Counted from the stretch's first letter, positions 42,595-52,918 are shown. The stretch: 55,683 nt of DNA from an uncultured Ezakiella sp. (GCA_947293975.1 CAMYPV010000001.1:1-55683), one strand, 5' to 3'. Translations and numbers: made by a program. Notes: generated from the sequence alone by a model not told the origin.

Positions 42595-44629
42595 AATTAT
42601 ATCGAATATCAATTGCAGTAATATAATATGTGCTTCCGCTCTTATACCATTCAAATCTTACATTTCTATATCCATCTACATTGTATGCATTCCAGAAATA
42701 TGTGTCACTACTACTTTCATTTTTATTATCAACTCTATATTTAACTCCAGATGGATCTCGTTTAAACACGGTTAAACTTTTGCTTAAATTATCTGATTGA
42801 GAGTAATCGACAGAAATTGCAAAATCAGAATTTCTTGAAGTTAGTGCCAAAGTTCCTGTAGCATAACCTTTTGAACTATATCCCCATCTGTTTCCTCTTC
42901 TATCGACTTCAATTTTATCTACATATCCGTTTCTCATTGTAATTCTTACATAGTCATCTTCGTCAAGATCATCAATATAGCTAGTTGATCTTCCATCGAT
43001 ATATATATCTGTTCTACTATCAATTCTTAAATCAATTGTATCTCTTGAATAACTATCACTTCTCTTTTTAGGTGATACTGTTATATAATTATCTGATCTA
43101 CGTGGATCAGTATAAATATATCCTTGGATGATTCCATCCTTTATATTTCCGAAAACTGTGGAGATATCAGTGACTTCATTATAGCTATTGAAAGTTAATT
43201 TGATTGGCGTTCCTTCTGCAATATAATTTTTTGCATTATATCCTGTAAGGTCACTAGTTTTAACTTTAGTTCCATCAATTCTTATATAATCGTCATCAAT
43301 TTTAACTGACTTTCTACTTCTGCTGTTGTTTGGATATAAATCTAAATAGTATCCTCTGTCTCTACTTGTTGAATTATAATAGTTAAAGCTAATAAATGTT
43401 CCATCTGAATATGCGTTTCCTCTCTTAGCTTCAACTTTTGTAGCTGTATCTCCAAGCATTGTTATTTTTACATCAAAGCCCTTGTCAAGATCTGAAACAT
43501 TTGCACTGCTACCATCAACTGTAATATTAGCATCTTTCAAATCAAGTTCGATTGTATTGTTTACGATTGATCCTTGAGTATATTGTATTTCGAATCTATA
43601 TGTTGAGATTACTGATGAGATTTTACCTTCTATAACTTTTTGTTCGGACTTAAAGTCGCCTTTTGTTGCAACTCCATTTGCTGAATTAAAAGTAACTTCA
43701 GCAGTCATGCCTTCTTTTATTTTACCAAACAAAGATAATTGTCCATCAATATTAACAACTGTAGTATAGTTTACATAAACAGCCTGTGCATTAGAGCCAT
43801 TATTAATCAATACAATTGATTGTTGACCTTGATCTGTAATAGCTGTAACCTTACCCTTAAATGTTTTAAGAGTATTTGATGATGGAATAACTGTTGTTGT
43901 CGTATTGGTGTTAGTGTTAGTATTAGTATTTGTAGGATTTTTTGCAATATAGTCCATTGCAATTGTAATCATCTTTGCAATACTTGCTCTGTCAATTGGA
44001 CTCGTTGGTTTAAAGTATCCGTTTCCATCCCCGTCTTTGCTTAAAATTCCAGCGTCAATAAGAGCTTGGACTTTGGTTTGAATATTTGCTGGAATTGCAC
44101 TTGTATCTTTATATGTCAATGACGCAGCAGTAACATTAACCTTCAATGCGTCTGCAAAAAATGCAGCTGTGTTTGATCTACTTACTGGTGGTCTTTTTCT
44201 AACATCTGTATCTAAAAGCATCTTTGCCTTTACAGCACCTTCCAATGTAGTCATATCATAAACACCAGCTTTTAAGCATTTTAAAATTACTGGTCTTGCC
44301 CAATCAATTCCTTTGTTACCTTGTTTTTTTACAATTTTTAATTGCGCATCTAATTCTTTGCCGAATGTTGAATTAGCTTCTTGCATTTCAGACTCAGTTA
44401 CATTTACAAGATTTCCAAGCAAACTCGAAATCTCTGTGAATGCAATTTGACCCTTAGGTCTGAATGTATTATCATCATAACCTTTTATAATACCTGCTTT
44501 TGCAGCCTTATTTACATATTGTGTGTACCATTCATCTTTAGGTACGTCTTTGAAGTTTGCAGCAAAAATGCTAACTGACATAAGTACTGTCAAAATTAAA
44601 GACATTATTATAATTAAACTTTTTCTCAT
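42593..44629 (-). CDS. S-layer homology (SLH) domain cell-surface protein
   Basis: Signal peptide, FKDVPKDEWY...GIIKGYDDNTFRP, FKPTSPIDRA, (NT)n linker, repeated beta-rich modules. Confidence 0.85.
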   Translation of the reverse strand: MRKSLIIIMSLILTVLMSVSIFAANFKDVPKDEWYTQYVNKAAKAGIIKGYDDNTFRPKGQIAFTEISSLLGNLVNVTESEMQEANSTFGKELDAQLKIVKKQGNKGIDWARPVILKCLKAGVYDMTTLEGAVKAKMLLDTDVRKRPPVSRSNTAAFFADALKVNVTAASLTYKDTSAIPANIQTKVQALIDAGILSKDGDGNGYFKPTSPIDRASIAKMITIAMDYIAKNPTNTNTNTNTNTTTTVIPSSNTLKTFKGKVTAITDQGQQSIVLINNGSNAQAVYVNYTTVVNIDGQLSLFGKIKEGMTAEVTFNSANGVATKGDFKSEQKVIEGKISSVISTYRFEIQYTQGSIVNNTIELDLKDANITVDGSSANVSDLDKGFDVKITMLGDTATKVEAKRGNAYSDGTFISFNYYNSTSRDRGYYLDLYPNNSRSRKSVKIDDDYIRIDGTKVKTSDLTGYNAKNYIAEGTPIKLTFNSYNEVTDISTVFGNIKDGIIQGYIYTDPRRSDNYITVSPKKRSDSYSRDTIDLRIDSRTDIYIDGRSTSYIDDLDEDDYVRITMRNGYVDKIEVDRRGNRWGYSSKGYATGTLALTSRNSDFAISVDYSQSDNLSKSLTVFKRDPSGVKYRVDNKNESSSDTYFWNAYNVDGYRNVRFEWYKSGSTYYITAIDIRYN

Positions 44630-44735
44630 CTTAATCCTCCTTACGAAAAATTTTAACTTATTTGATTATATCAAAATCGCAAGTCTTTCTCTTTATATTC
44701 TACAACAAAAAAGCATTAAACACAACGATTTTTGT

Positions 44736-44783
44736 ATTACAGTTGTTTTACATTTATCCTTTTAATATTACATTTGTATTAAA
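44736..44783 (-). promoter_or_regulatory. WalR-type boxes upstream of the SLH gene
   Basis: TGTAAA-N5-TGTAAT (44736-44752) and TTTAAT-N5-TGTAAT (44767-44783) on minus strand. Confidence 0.5.
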
Positions 44784-44846
44784 TATAGAGAATTCTATTG
44801 CACCTAGCTAAAAAAAAGTATATGATAAACGTAAGTGAGGGATTAT

Positions 44847-45464
44847 ATGAATTTAAGAAAAATTATATCTCTCGTTATTGTTGTGTTATTAATTATGTCG
44901 AGTAACATTCTAGCTATTAACGAGAAACAAGACACAACTAAATATTTCCAAAAAGAAGCCAGAGCACTTGAAAAAATTGGCATTATCAAAGGTGACAAAG
45001 ATGGCAACTTGCAATTAGGCGAAAATTTTAAACGCAAGGATATTGCAATCATAATTTCACGCCTTTACAACGAAGAAGACAAAGCTAAAAAGAGCAGCTT
45101 TAAAATTGACTTTGTTGATATAAAAAAAGACGATTACTTCTATGGCTATGTATGTTGGGCAGTTGAAAAAAATCTCATCAAAGGCGTAAGCGACACAGAG
45201 TTTGGTCCAGACGAAGATGTAACTCTAAAAGAAGTCGAGGTAGTTCTATTGCGTACACTTGGATACGAAGAGGAAGTTAAAAATTGGAATTTAATTGAAC
45301 CGCTTAGCGAATCGCTCGGCCTACGCGATGGCTTAAACATTAACAAAAAAGAAAACCCAAGCATCAACCGTAGTGAATTATCAAAACTAATTTACAACGC
45401 TTTGTTTATTGAATGCAAAGGTTCAACTCTAAAATTAAAAGACATTTTAAATGTCAGAATATAA
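44847..45464 (+). CDS. Small SLH-domain protein
   Basis: Signal peptide, LEKIGIIKGD, FVDIKKDDYFYGYV...LIKGVSDTEFGP, INRSELSKLIYNAL. Confidence 0.8.
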   Translation: MNLRKIISLVIVVLLIMSSNILAINEKQDTTKYFQKEARALEKIGIIKGDKDGNLQLGENFKRKDIAIIISRLYNEEDKAKKSSFKIDFVDIKKDDYFYGYVCWAVEKNLIKGVSDTEFGPDEDVTLKEVEVVLLRTLGYEEEVKNWNLIEPLSESLGLRDGLNINKKENPSINRSELSKLIYNALFIECKGSTLKLKDILNVRI

Positions 45465-45509
45465 AATAAGGACTGATGAATAACATCGAGTCCTTATTTT
45501 TTTACATAT

Positions 45510-46625
45510 TTATCCAACTTTTTTTGCTGTTAAAAAATCATAATCCGTCACTATTTTATAATAGCCCTTTAAATATTCGTTTAATTCCACATCGCCCGTA
45601 TCAACAAGCAGCGGTCCATTAACAGAATTTAATTTGGTTTTTGTTGCAAGCACAATAATATTTTCCTTGCCAACACGTCTCAAAACATCAGGCGAAAATT
45701 GTTGATTTCCGCGACCAAACAAATATCCTTGGCCACCAATTACAGTGATAATTATCTTTGCCTTTGGATGTTCATCTAAAAGTTCTAAGATTTGTTTTTC
45801 ATCGATGTCTTTTCCGATTTGCTTTTTATTGTAAACAGCATCTACACCGAGCAATGAACCATCAAGCTCCAATATATCCATAATTGGCTTTAATGTTGAA
45901 CCTGTTCCAACCAAGTATAAAGTATCATCCTCCATCGTATCGACTGCAAACTGACAAATCGAACCGATGTCTGATTGTTGCCCTCTGGATCTGGAAGATT
46001 TTAATGACTGCATGAGCGCCGTTACAAATGGTACCTTTAGATATCCATACAATTTTGTATCGAGAATTTCTTTTCTAAAAGCTTCTTCATCTATATCCAT
46101 GACTTCTTGTAATAAAAGCTCATATCCCTCACCACTCATAAACTGCTTTATAACAAGAGCTGCCGATTCAGGTTTGTTTGCAAAAACTGCAGAGTGCATT
46201 TTTGTGCCTGCAGGAATGCCCATAACTGGAATTTTATCTCCCACTGCATCATAGATATTTCTTGCCGTTCCGTCTCCGCCTGCAAAAACCAAAAGATCGA
46301 TGTCACAATCTAAAATTTCCTTTGCAATTCTCGTCGTATCTTCGGCAGATGTTTTTTCTCCAACTTTATCAATCACTTGATGTTCTATGCCAAGCTCATC
46401 CAAAATATCACTGCCCATAACTCCAGGAGCTGAGATAATTTCTGGCAAAGCATTGTCTCTTTTTAAAATTTCAAAAACAGTTTTCGCTCGCTCATTTGCT
46501 TTTGGTTTCGCACCACGCTCAAGAGCGAGTTTTACAATTTCGTCGCCATCGCTTCCCTTTAAGCCTGCGCTACCACCAACGCCTGCAAGTGGATTTATAA
46601 TTAAACCAATCTTCATTCTATTCAC
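45510..46625 (-). CDS. ATP-NAD kinase family protein (COG3199-like)
   Basis: INPLAGVGG...LKGSDG, FAGGDGTARN, GIPAGTKMHSAVF, GGQGYLFGRGNQQ. Confidence 0.85.
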   Translation of the reverse strand: MNRMKIGLIINPLAGVGGSAGLKGSDGDEIVKLALERGAKPKANERAKTVFEILKRDNALPEIISAPGVMGSDILDELGIEHQVIDKVGEKTSAEDTTRIAKEILDCDIDLLVFAGGDGTARNIYDAVGDKIPVMGIPAGTKMHSAVFANKPESAALVIKQFMSGEGYELLLQEVMDIDEEAFRKEILDTKLYGYLKVPFVTALMQSLKSSRSRGQQSDIGSICQFAVDTMEDDTLYLVGTGSTLKPIMDILELDGSLLGVDAVYNKKQIGKDIDEKQILELLDEHPKAKIIITVIGGQGYLFGRGNQQFSPDVLRRVGKENIIVLATKTKLNSVNGPLLVDTGDVELNEYLKGYYKIVTDYDFLTAKKVG

Positions 46626-47865
46626 CTTTCTTGTAATTTATATCATTATATCTTACATTGCCATCTTTAACAGTCATAATAATTTGTCCCTTCAATTTTG
46701 CTCCCAACAGTGGAGTGTTTTTTGATTTTGACAAAGTATAATCATATATATATTCACGATTCAAATCAATCAGCACAAAATCAGCTGGCTCTCCAATTTT
46801 AATTGCCTTTGTTTTATTATAAAGCGCCCTTGGGTTTGTGCTTAACACTCTTATCAAATCCATAATACTAAAGCCCGCCTCATCAATTAGCTTCATATTT
46901 AACATTGAAAAAGCAATCTCAAGTGATGTTATTCCTGATTTTGATTTAAACTTGCCCATCTCTTTGTTTTCTTTTGTGTGTGGAGCGTGGTCAGTGCCAA
47001 TCATATCAATAGTGCCATCTCTCAGACCATCGATAAGTGCAAGCCTGTCCTCTTCAGTTCTTAAAGGTGGATTTACTTTCAAAAGAGTGCCATACTTATC
47101 TACATCTTTTTTTGTAAAAAACAAATGGTTTGGATTTACCTCAGTCGTAATATTTAACCCTTCAGCTTTTGCATCTCTTATTAATTGAACGCCATCTTTT
47201 GATGTTAAATGTTGCACATGAAGATGTCCACCAACTTCTCTTAATAAATCGATATCCCTTTTTATTATAGAAACTTCTGCCTCACGTGGCGCTGTATCAT
47301 CATAACCCGGATGCTCTATAAATTCTGGATCTTCTTCGTGTAAGCTTATTATAAATTTCAAATCGCGACTCTTCTTTAAAGCTTCTCGCATAATATTTAT
47401 ATCGCACAAAGGAAAGCCGTCATCCGTAAATCCAATAACTCCCATATCAAGAAGTTCTTCGAAATTGACAAGCTCCTTACCCTTCATTGATTTTGTTACA
47501 TTTGCAGAAATATAAATATCAATTGGCAAATCCTTTACCTTTTTAAATGCCTCTTCAACCATTTCCTTTGAGTCAATTGGAGGAACTGTATTTGCCATTG
47601 CAACAATTTCTGTATAACCACCCCTGAGAGCTGCCATTGCTCCTGACTCAAAAGTTTCTTTATCTGATTCACCAAAATCTCTAAAATGTGTGTGTGGATC
47701 AAAAAAACTCGGCGCAAGTATAAGTCCATTCGCATCAAAAATCAATTCATCATCAACATCTATATTTTTTTCAATCTTACAAATCTTACCATCTTTAACA
47801 AGTAAATCGTAAACCCCATCAAGATTTTCAACAGGATCTACAATGTGCGCATTTTTAATAAGCAT
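46618..47865 (-). CDS. pyrC: Dihydroorotase (type I)
   Basis: DPHTHFRD, MANTVP, FTDDG, KVNPPLR, GTDHAPH, SKNTP. Confidence 0.9.
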   Translation of the reverse strand: MLIKNAHIVDPVENLDGVYDLLVKDGKICKIEKNIDVDDELIFDANGLILAPSFFDPHTHFRDFGESDKETFESGAMAALRGGYTEIVAMANTVPPIDSKEMVEEAFKKVKDLPIDIYISANVTKSMKGKELVNFEELLDMGVIGFTDDGFPLCDINIMREALKKSRDLKFIISLHEEDPEFIEHPGYDDTAPREAEVSIIKRDIDLLREVGGHLHVQHLTSKDGVQLIRDAKAEGLNITTEVNPNHLFFTKKDVDKYGTLLKVNPPLRTEEDRLALIDGLRDGTIDMIGTDHAPHTKENKEMGKFKSKSGITSLEIAFSMLNMKLIDEAGFSIMDLIRVLSTNPRALYNKTKAIKIGEPADFVLIDLNREYIYDYTLSKSKNTPLLGAKLKGQIIMTVKDGNVRYNDINYKKGE

Positions 47866-47942
47866 AGCAACCTCCCTTTGTAAAGATATACCCATAGTGG
47901 ATTATTTTTAAATATATGTTATAATATTTACGGAGGTATTTT

Positions 47943-49307
47943 ATGACAAAAAACGCATGGTTAAATTTAAATGAACAAGAAACAAAAGAAGTACACAGTT
48001 TTTGTGACGGATATATTAATTTCTTAAACATCGCAAGAACAGAAAGACTTGCAAACAAAGAAATCATTCGTCAAGCAGAAATGAAAGGCTACAAGAATAT
48101 CGAGACAGTTGATAGTCTAAAGCCAGGCGACAAAGTTTATGTCGATCAAAAAGGTAAAGCAGTATTAATGTTTATCATCGGAAAAGAATCAATCGAAAAC
48201 GGTATGAACATTGTAGGCTCACATATTGATAGCCCAAGACTAGATGTAAAGGCAAATCCACTTTACGAAGACACTGACGGCATCGCAAAACTAAAAACTC
48301 ACTATTATGGTGGAGTTAAAAAATACCAATACGGAACAATTCCACTAGCAATTCACGGAGTTGTTTTTAACAAAGATGGAGAAAAAATTGAAGTAAATAT
48401 TGGAGACGATGAAAAAGATCCAGTATTTTGTGTAACAGATTTATTGATTCACCTTTCAAAAGATCAAATGGCAAAACCAACAAGAGAAGCTCTTACAGGT
48501 GAACAAATGAATTTAGTTTTAGGAAACATTCCAGTTAACGAAGATGACAAAGAAGCTGTAAAGAAAAATATTCTAAAACTAATCAAAGATAAATATAATT
48601 TTGAAGAAGAAGATTTTAAAGTTGCAGAACTCGAAGTAGTACCAGCAACAAAAGCAAGAGAACTAGGCCTTGACCGTTCAATGGTACTTGCATACGGACA
48701 CGATGATAGAATTTGTGCATACACATCATTGCAAGCAATTTTAGAAGTTGAAAACCCAACAAAAACAGCTCTATGCATATTTGCAGACAAAGAAGAAATC
48801 GGATCAATGGGAAATGCTGGAATGAATTCACACATGTTTGAAAACGCAGTAGCAGAAGTTGTTGCAAGACTCGGAGATTATTGCGAATTAAAAGTAAGAC
48901 GTGCATTAAAAAATTCAAAAGTATTATCCGCTGACGTAAGCGTCGGATATGATTCAGATTTTGCAGAAACATGTGAAAAATTAAACACAGCATTTATCGG
49001 CTGCGGCGTTGCACTTGTAAAATATACAGGCAGCGGCGGCAAAGGTGGATCAAATGACGCTAACTCTGAATTCGTTCACGAAGTAAGAACAATCTTTAAT
49101 GAAAACAAAATTGCATGGCAAACTGGAGAACTTGGAAAAGTTGACCAAGGTGGCGGCGGTACAATCGCACTAATGCTATCAAAATACGGAGCAGAAGTTG
49201 TAGACTGCGGACCAGCAGTATTAAATATGCACGCACCACACGAACTTGCAAGCAAAGTTGACACATATATGAGCTACAAAGCTTATAAAGCATTTATGAA
49301 TAGATAA
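47943..49307 (+). CDS. apeA: M18 family aminopeptidase
   Basis: GSHIDSPRLDVK, HYYGGVKKYQ, HDDRIC, DKEEIGS, GKVDQGGGGTIA, MHAP. Confidence 0.9.
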   Translation: MTKNAWLNLNEQETKEVHSFCDGYINFLNIARTERLANKEIIRQAEMKGYKNIETVDSLKPGDKVYVDQKGKAVLMFIIGKESIENGMNIVGSHIDSPRLDVKANPLYEDTDGIAKLKTHYYGGVKKYQYGTIPLAIHGVVFNKDGEKIEVNIGDDEKDPVFCVTDLLIHLSKDQMAKPTREALTGEQMNLVLGNIPVNEDDKEAVKKNILKLIKDKYNFEEEDFKVAELEVVPATKARELGLDRSMVLAYGHDDRICAYTSLQAILEVENPTKTALCIFADKEEIGSMGNAGMNSHMFENAVAEVVARLGDYCELKVRRALKNSKVLSADVSVGYDSDFAETCEKLNTAFIGCGVALVKYTGSGGKGGSNDANSEFVHEVRTIFNENKIAWQTGELGKVDQGGGGTIALMLSKYGAEVVDCGPAVLNMHAPHELASKVDTYMSYKAYKAFMNR

Positions 49308-49315
49308 AAAATAAC

Positions 49316-49351
49316 GGCTAGTGAGATGAAAACATTTCACTAGCCATTTTT
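49316..49351. terminator. Bidirectional terminator between apeA and the ABC genes
   Basis: GGCTAGTGAGATG-AAAA-CATTTCACTAGCC hairpin flanked by A and T tracts. Confidence 0.8.
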
Positions 49352-49374
49352 ATTTATTATTTAATTTATTTTGA
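49331..49374 (+). repeat. 3'-boundary direct repeat, copy 1
   Basis: AACATTTCACTAGCCATTTTTATT(TATT)ATTTAATTTATTTTGA; same as 53115-53154 apart from a 4-bp indel. Confidence 0.9.
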
Positions 49375-49422
49375 TTTTATTACCTAATCTTCATACTAGA
49401 ATAAATAATATATTTGAACTCA

Positions 49423-50985
49423 CTATCTGTAATAAACAGATTTATCTTTAATCTCCATGATTCCATCAGCTAATTCATTATAATTTTCATCATGAGTGAT
49501 TACTACAATCAATTTATTATTTTTCTCTTTTTCAATATATTTCTTCAACAAACTAATCGCTTGAGTTTCAAGATTAGTTGATGGCTCATCAATTAAAATA
49601 AGCTTTCTATCCAGATTTAAAACCCTGTTTAACGCGATTTTTTGTGCTTCTCCACTAGAAACATTTGGAGGATTTGAAATAACTTTTTTATCAACGTTCA
49701 TTTCAAAAAGAGGATTTTTATTTAAATTACCTAGTGAAATATTTTCGCCAACTGTATCATCTATCAAAAATAAAGGATAATTTAAAATTGAAATATTGTC
49801 TTTGAATTCATCGTTAATATATATTGATCCATCAAGCTGATTAATATCATATATCCCAGATATAATATTAAATATTGTAGACTTTCCGCTACCATTTGGT
49901 CCTTGCAATATATAAAAACCATTTGATGGCAACTTAATATCAATATCATATAGATTATTACCCAAATTATCTTTTACAATGCCCGATGCCTCGATTCCAT
50001 AATCCATATCCTTAAACGATTTTTTATAATCATAAATATTTTTTGAACTATGCGAAAGAATAGTATTTACTCTGTCAAAATTAGGTTTACCACTCTTTAT
50101 AGTTTGCAATATCTTGGAAATATTTGAAATAGGCTCAAAAAGAAATCCGCAAATACCAGAGTACATAATTAAGTCTCCTATCGTCATCAAACCCTTTGAA
50201 ACGAAATTCGAACCTAAAAATAGTATAATAATCTGTGTGATTACTCCAAAAATTGAATATATAGAGCTAAATAGATTTTCATAAAAAAACTTCTTCTTGT
50301 CAGCTACATAAAATCCATTTACATGCAATCTATAACCTTGATTAATATTTTCTGTTTTATCCAGCATTTTTATTATCGGAATGTTTTCTGAACAATTTTT
50401 TATAACATTAATCATAGAATCGTTTTTTTCCAATAATATCTTATTCTTTTTCTTTATGACAATAGAACTTACCACAGAAGCGATAAAATATATAGGAAGC
50501 ATTATTAATGATACAATCAGTAATTCTCTGTTAACATTATACAAAATATAACCAGCTAAAATTACAAATATAATATTTCCACTCACCCCAGATATTGCCG
50601 CAAGTGTCATATTTGCAGTTGAAAATGTATCCGAAAAAATTATATTTAAAATACTAGACTTATTATATTTGTCATAATCAGAAGGAGAGAGCTTTAATAT
50701 TTTATTAAATATAGAATTAAATATCCTACCACCAATATTTAACGTGCTTTTTTGAAAATAATAATTCGCAAAATAGAATACAAGCCCCAATTGTAAAAAA
50801 ATCAAAAAGACAACTATCAAATAAAACTGTATATTAGTAATCTCAGCAATTCCCTTTGCATAATCTGCAATTAATTTATTAATATAAAAAACAGATAAGA
50901 AAGAAAGCAGAGCTATTATATATCCAACTGTTGCAATTAAAATCTCCGCTAATTTAATTAGCTTGTGCTTAAACAATTTAAACAT
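49423..50985 (-). CDS. ABC exporter, fused TMD + NBD
   Basis: Multi-helix TMD, GPNGSGKST, VSSGEAQK, ILIDEP, ITHD; start MFKLF after GGAGGGG. Confidence 0.85.
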   Translation of the reverse strand: MFKLFKHKLIKLAEILIATVGYIIALLSFLSVFYINKLIADYAKGIAEITNIQFYLIVVFLIFLQLGLVFYFANYYFQKSTLNIGGRIFNSIFNKILKLSPSDYDKYNKSSILNIIFSDTFSTANMTLAAISGVSGNIIFVILAGYILYNVNRELLIVSLIMLPIYFIASVVSSIVIKKKNKILLEKNDSMINVIKNCSENIPIIKMLDKTENINQGYRLHVNGFYVADKKKFFYENLFSSIYSIFGVITQIIILFLGSNFVSKGLMTIGDLIMYSGICGFLFEPISNISKILQTIKSGKPNFDRVNTILSHSSKNIYDYKKSFKDMDYGIEASGIVKDNLGNNLYDIDIKLPSNGFYILQGPNGSGKSTIFNIISGIYDINQLDGSIYINDEFKDNISILNYPLFLIDDTVGENISLGNLNKNPLFEMNVDKKVISNPPNVSSGEAQKIALNRVLNLDRKLILIDEPSTNLETQAISLLKKYIEKEKNNKLIVVITHDENYNELADGIMEIKDKSVYYR

Positions 50986-52546
50986 TTTGCCCCTCCATTT
51001 CACCTTCCTTAATTGTAAAAATATTGTCCGCAATGTCATCAAAACTATCATCATGCATTATTGCAATGATTACTTTGTTATCTTTATTCGAATAAATATA
51101 ATCTTTTAGCACAGCTATTGCATCGACTTCGAGATTAGATATAGGCTCGTCAAGTAAAATCATATCTCTATCTTCAGAAATAATTCTGGTTAAAGCAACT
51201 TTCTGCGCCTCGCCACTGGATAGATTTAAAGGATTTAATTTTATTTCTTTCTCCATATTGATATGAAATATGTTTTTCACATTATCAGAAAACATATTCT
51301 CTTCAACACTACCTTCTATAAAAAAGAGCGGATATTTTAAGATAGACATATTGTCTAAATATTTTTTGTTTATAATACAATCGCCTTTAATTTGATTGGG
51401 AGAATATATCCCAGCAATTATGTTAAAGAGAGTAGATTTACCAGATCCATTAGGACCCTTTATAATATAGAATCCAGACTCTTTAATTCTAAGATTTGCT
51501 TTATAGAGTAAATCTTCTTTTTCATTATAAATATTACAGTCCTTAACATAAATTTCATCTTCAGCATCTGAATACAATCCTAAATATGCTTTATTATCAA
51601 TTTTATTATATAAAAAACTTTCCATTTTCTCAACATTAACCCTATAACTTTTTATATCTGTTATATACAAAAATATATTGGACAACGGCGTGTAAAATTG
51701 ACTTGCAATACCTATATAAAAGAATAGTGTACCTAGTGTCATTTGACTTTCCTTTACATAAAAAGCTCCTAAGAAAAGAAGTATTACAGGCAATAATATA
51801 GTTATTAAAACAGGTATTCTCTTTAAAAATAGAGTTAAAAACTGAAAGCTTTTTTGACTATCTAAAAAATTTTGAAGCTTTAGATTCAATTTATTTTCAA
51901 AATATTCGTCTCTATTATATAAATACATATCCTTTTTATGCATAATAAAATTTTGCGTCTCACCTATAAGCACATTTCTATTAGCAATCATTTTTTCTTG
52001 AATTGCATTTAACTTCATATTATTAAGAGAAATCGCAATTATCATAATAGGAACTGATGCTATAACATATAATGTCAAAATATAATTAATATATGCAAGT
52101 ATTAATAAAGTTATAACTGACTGGAAAATCAATATATTTATTGCAAATCTTCTCTTAACAATTGTATCCGATACATTTATACTATCAAACATATACAAAC
52201 CAAGAACTGAATTATTTCCATATGTATTATATACATAGCTAGGCATTTTTTGAGATTTATCAAAAATTTTATACAAGAGATTTCTTCTTGTTTTTTTCGT
52301 ATATTTGCCCATAACATAAAAGCTTGTCATATAATTAATCATTACCGACATGAATGTTAAAGCTAATAACACACAAAAAACACTAAATCCTATGTGGTTA
52401 GACTCCATGTTTTCAATCATCAGCTTGTTAATATAAGGCGGAGCAAAAGAAAGTGCAAAACCAACCACGTATAATGAACACATTTTAAATAAGTCATTTT
52501 TACTTAAAAGATCATTATCTTTAAATATTTCTAGTCTCTTCTTCAT
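50978..52546 (-). CDS. ABC exporter, fused TMD + NBD (paralogous partner)
   Basis: GPNGSGKST, LSSGEAQK, ILLDEP, IMHD; overlaps both neighbours. Confidence 0.85.
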   Translation of the reverse strand: MKKRLEIFKDNDLLSKNDLFKMCSLYVVGFALSFAPPYINKLMIENMESNHIGFSVFCVLLALTFMSVMINYMTSFYVMGKYTKKTRRNLLYKIFDKSQKMPSYVYNTYGNNSVLGLYMFDSINVSDTIVKRRFAINILIFQSVITLLILAYINYILTLYVIASVPIMIIAISLNNMKLNAIQEKMIANRNVLIGETQNFIMHKKDMYLYNRDEYFENKLNLKLQNFLDSQKSFQFLTLFLKRIPVLITILLPVILLFLGAFYVKESQMTLGTLFFYIGIASQFYTPLSNIFLYITDIKSYRVNVEKMESFLYNKIDNKAYLGLYSDAEDEIYVKDCNIYNEKEDLLYKANLRIKESGFYIIKGPNGSGKSTLFNIIAGIYSPNQIKGDCIINKKYLDNMSILKYPLFFIEGSVEENMFSDNVKNIFHINMEKEIKLNPLNLSSGEAQKVALTRIISEDRDMILLDEPISNLEVDAIAVLKDYIYSNKDNKVIIAIMHDDSFDDIADNIFTIKEGEMEGQNV

Positions 52547-52832
52547 AAATCATCCTCACATAATCATCAAAAAAATATTTTTCAGGAACACAGTTATTCA
52601 TTCCCTTTAAGTCTAAAAGTGGACATCCACCTTTGCATATTGGCTTTAAAATGCATTCCTTACATTTATCACTAAATGCTACACTAAAACCATCTTTAAA
52701 TTGATTCTCTTCTTTAGTTGAGATATTCCCATCGATAATTTTCCCAAACTTAAAGTCCAAATCTGATTCATTAGCACTACATCTACAAATAGATAAGTCG
52801 CTATTTACTACAAAATTATTTTTGCTTGTAAA
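52521..52832 (-). pseudogene. 5'-truncated radical SAM/SPASM maturase (SPASM tail only)
   Basis: Open frame NNFVVNSDLSICRC...FGKI...CKECILKPICKGGCP...C; no CxxxCxxC core, no SD, in-frame stop just upstream. Confidence 0.8.
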
Positions 52833-52918
52833 TTAACTCAAGTTTTCTTTACACTTTTATTATACCATAAATTAATCATTTTGTTACAGACAGTTGCCAA
52901 GTTTTTTAACAGACAGTT
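52826..52918 (-). promoter_or_regulatory. Duplicated promoter, copy B
   Basis: 89/93 identical to 55294-55386; extended -10 TGGTATAAT; ACAGACAGTT boxes at 52886 and 52909. Confidence 0.85.

Noticed and set aside
43892..43933. (NT)n hexamer repeat in the SLH gene as a phase-variation tract
   Set aside because: Imperfect and in frame; it encodes a linker.
995..49293. Numerous 60-143 aa antisense or alternate-frame ORFs
   Set aside because: They lie inside well-supported genes, have shadow-ORF composition and show no recognisable motifs.
49361..49422. Remnant paralogue of the 323-aa gene ending in KIN-stop
   Set aside because: Similarity is limited to the boundary repeat, and an in-frame stop lies 9 codons upstream.
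52886..52918. Possible mini-CRISPR from the ACAGACAGTT repeats
   Set aside because: Only two 10-bp units with a 13-bp spacer that is identical in both copies; no cas genes. Better explained as an operator.
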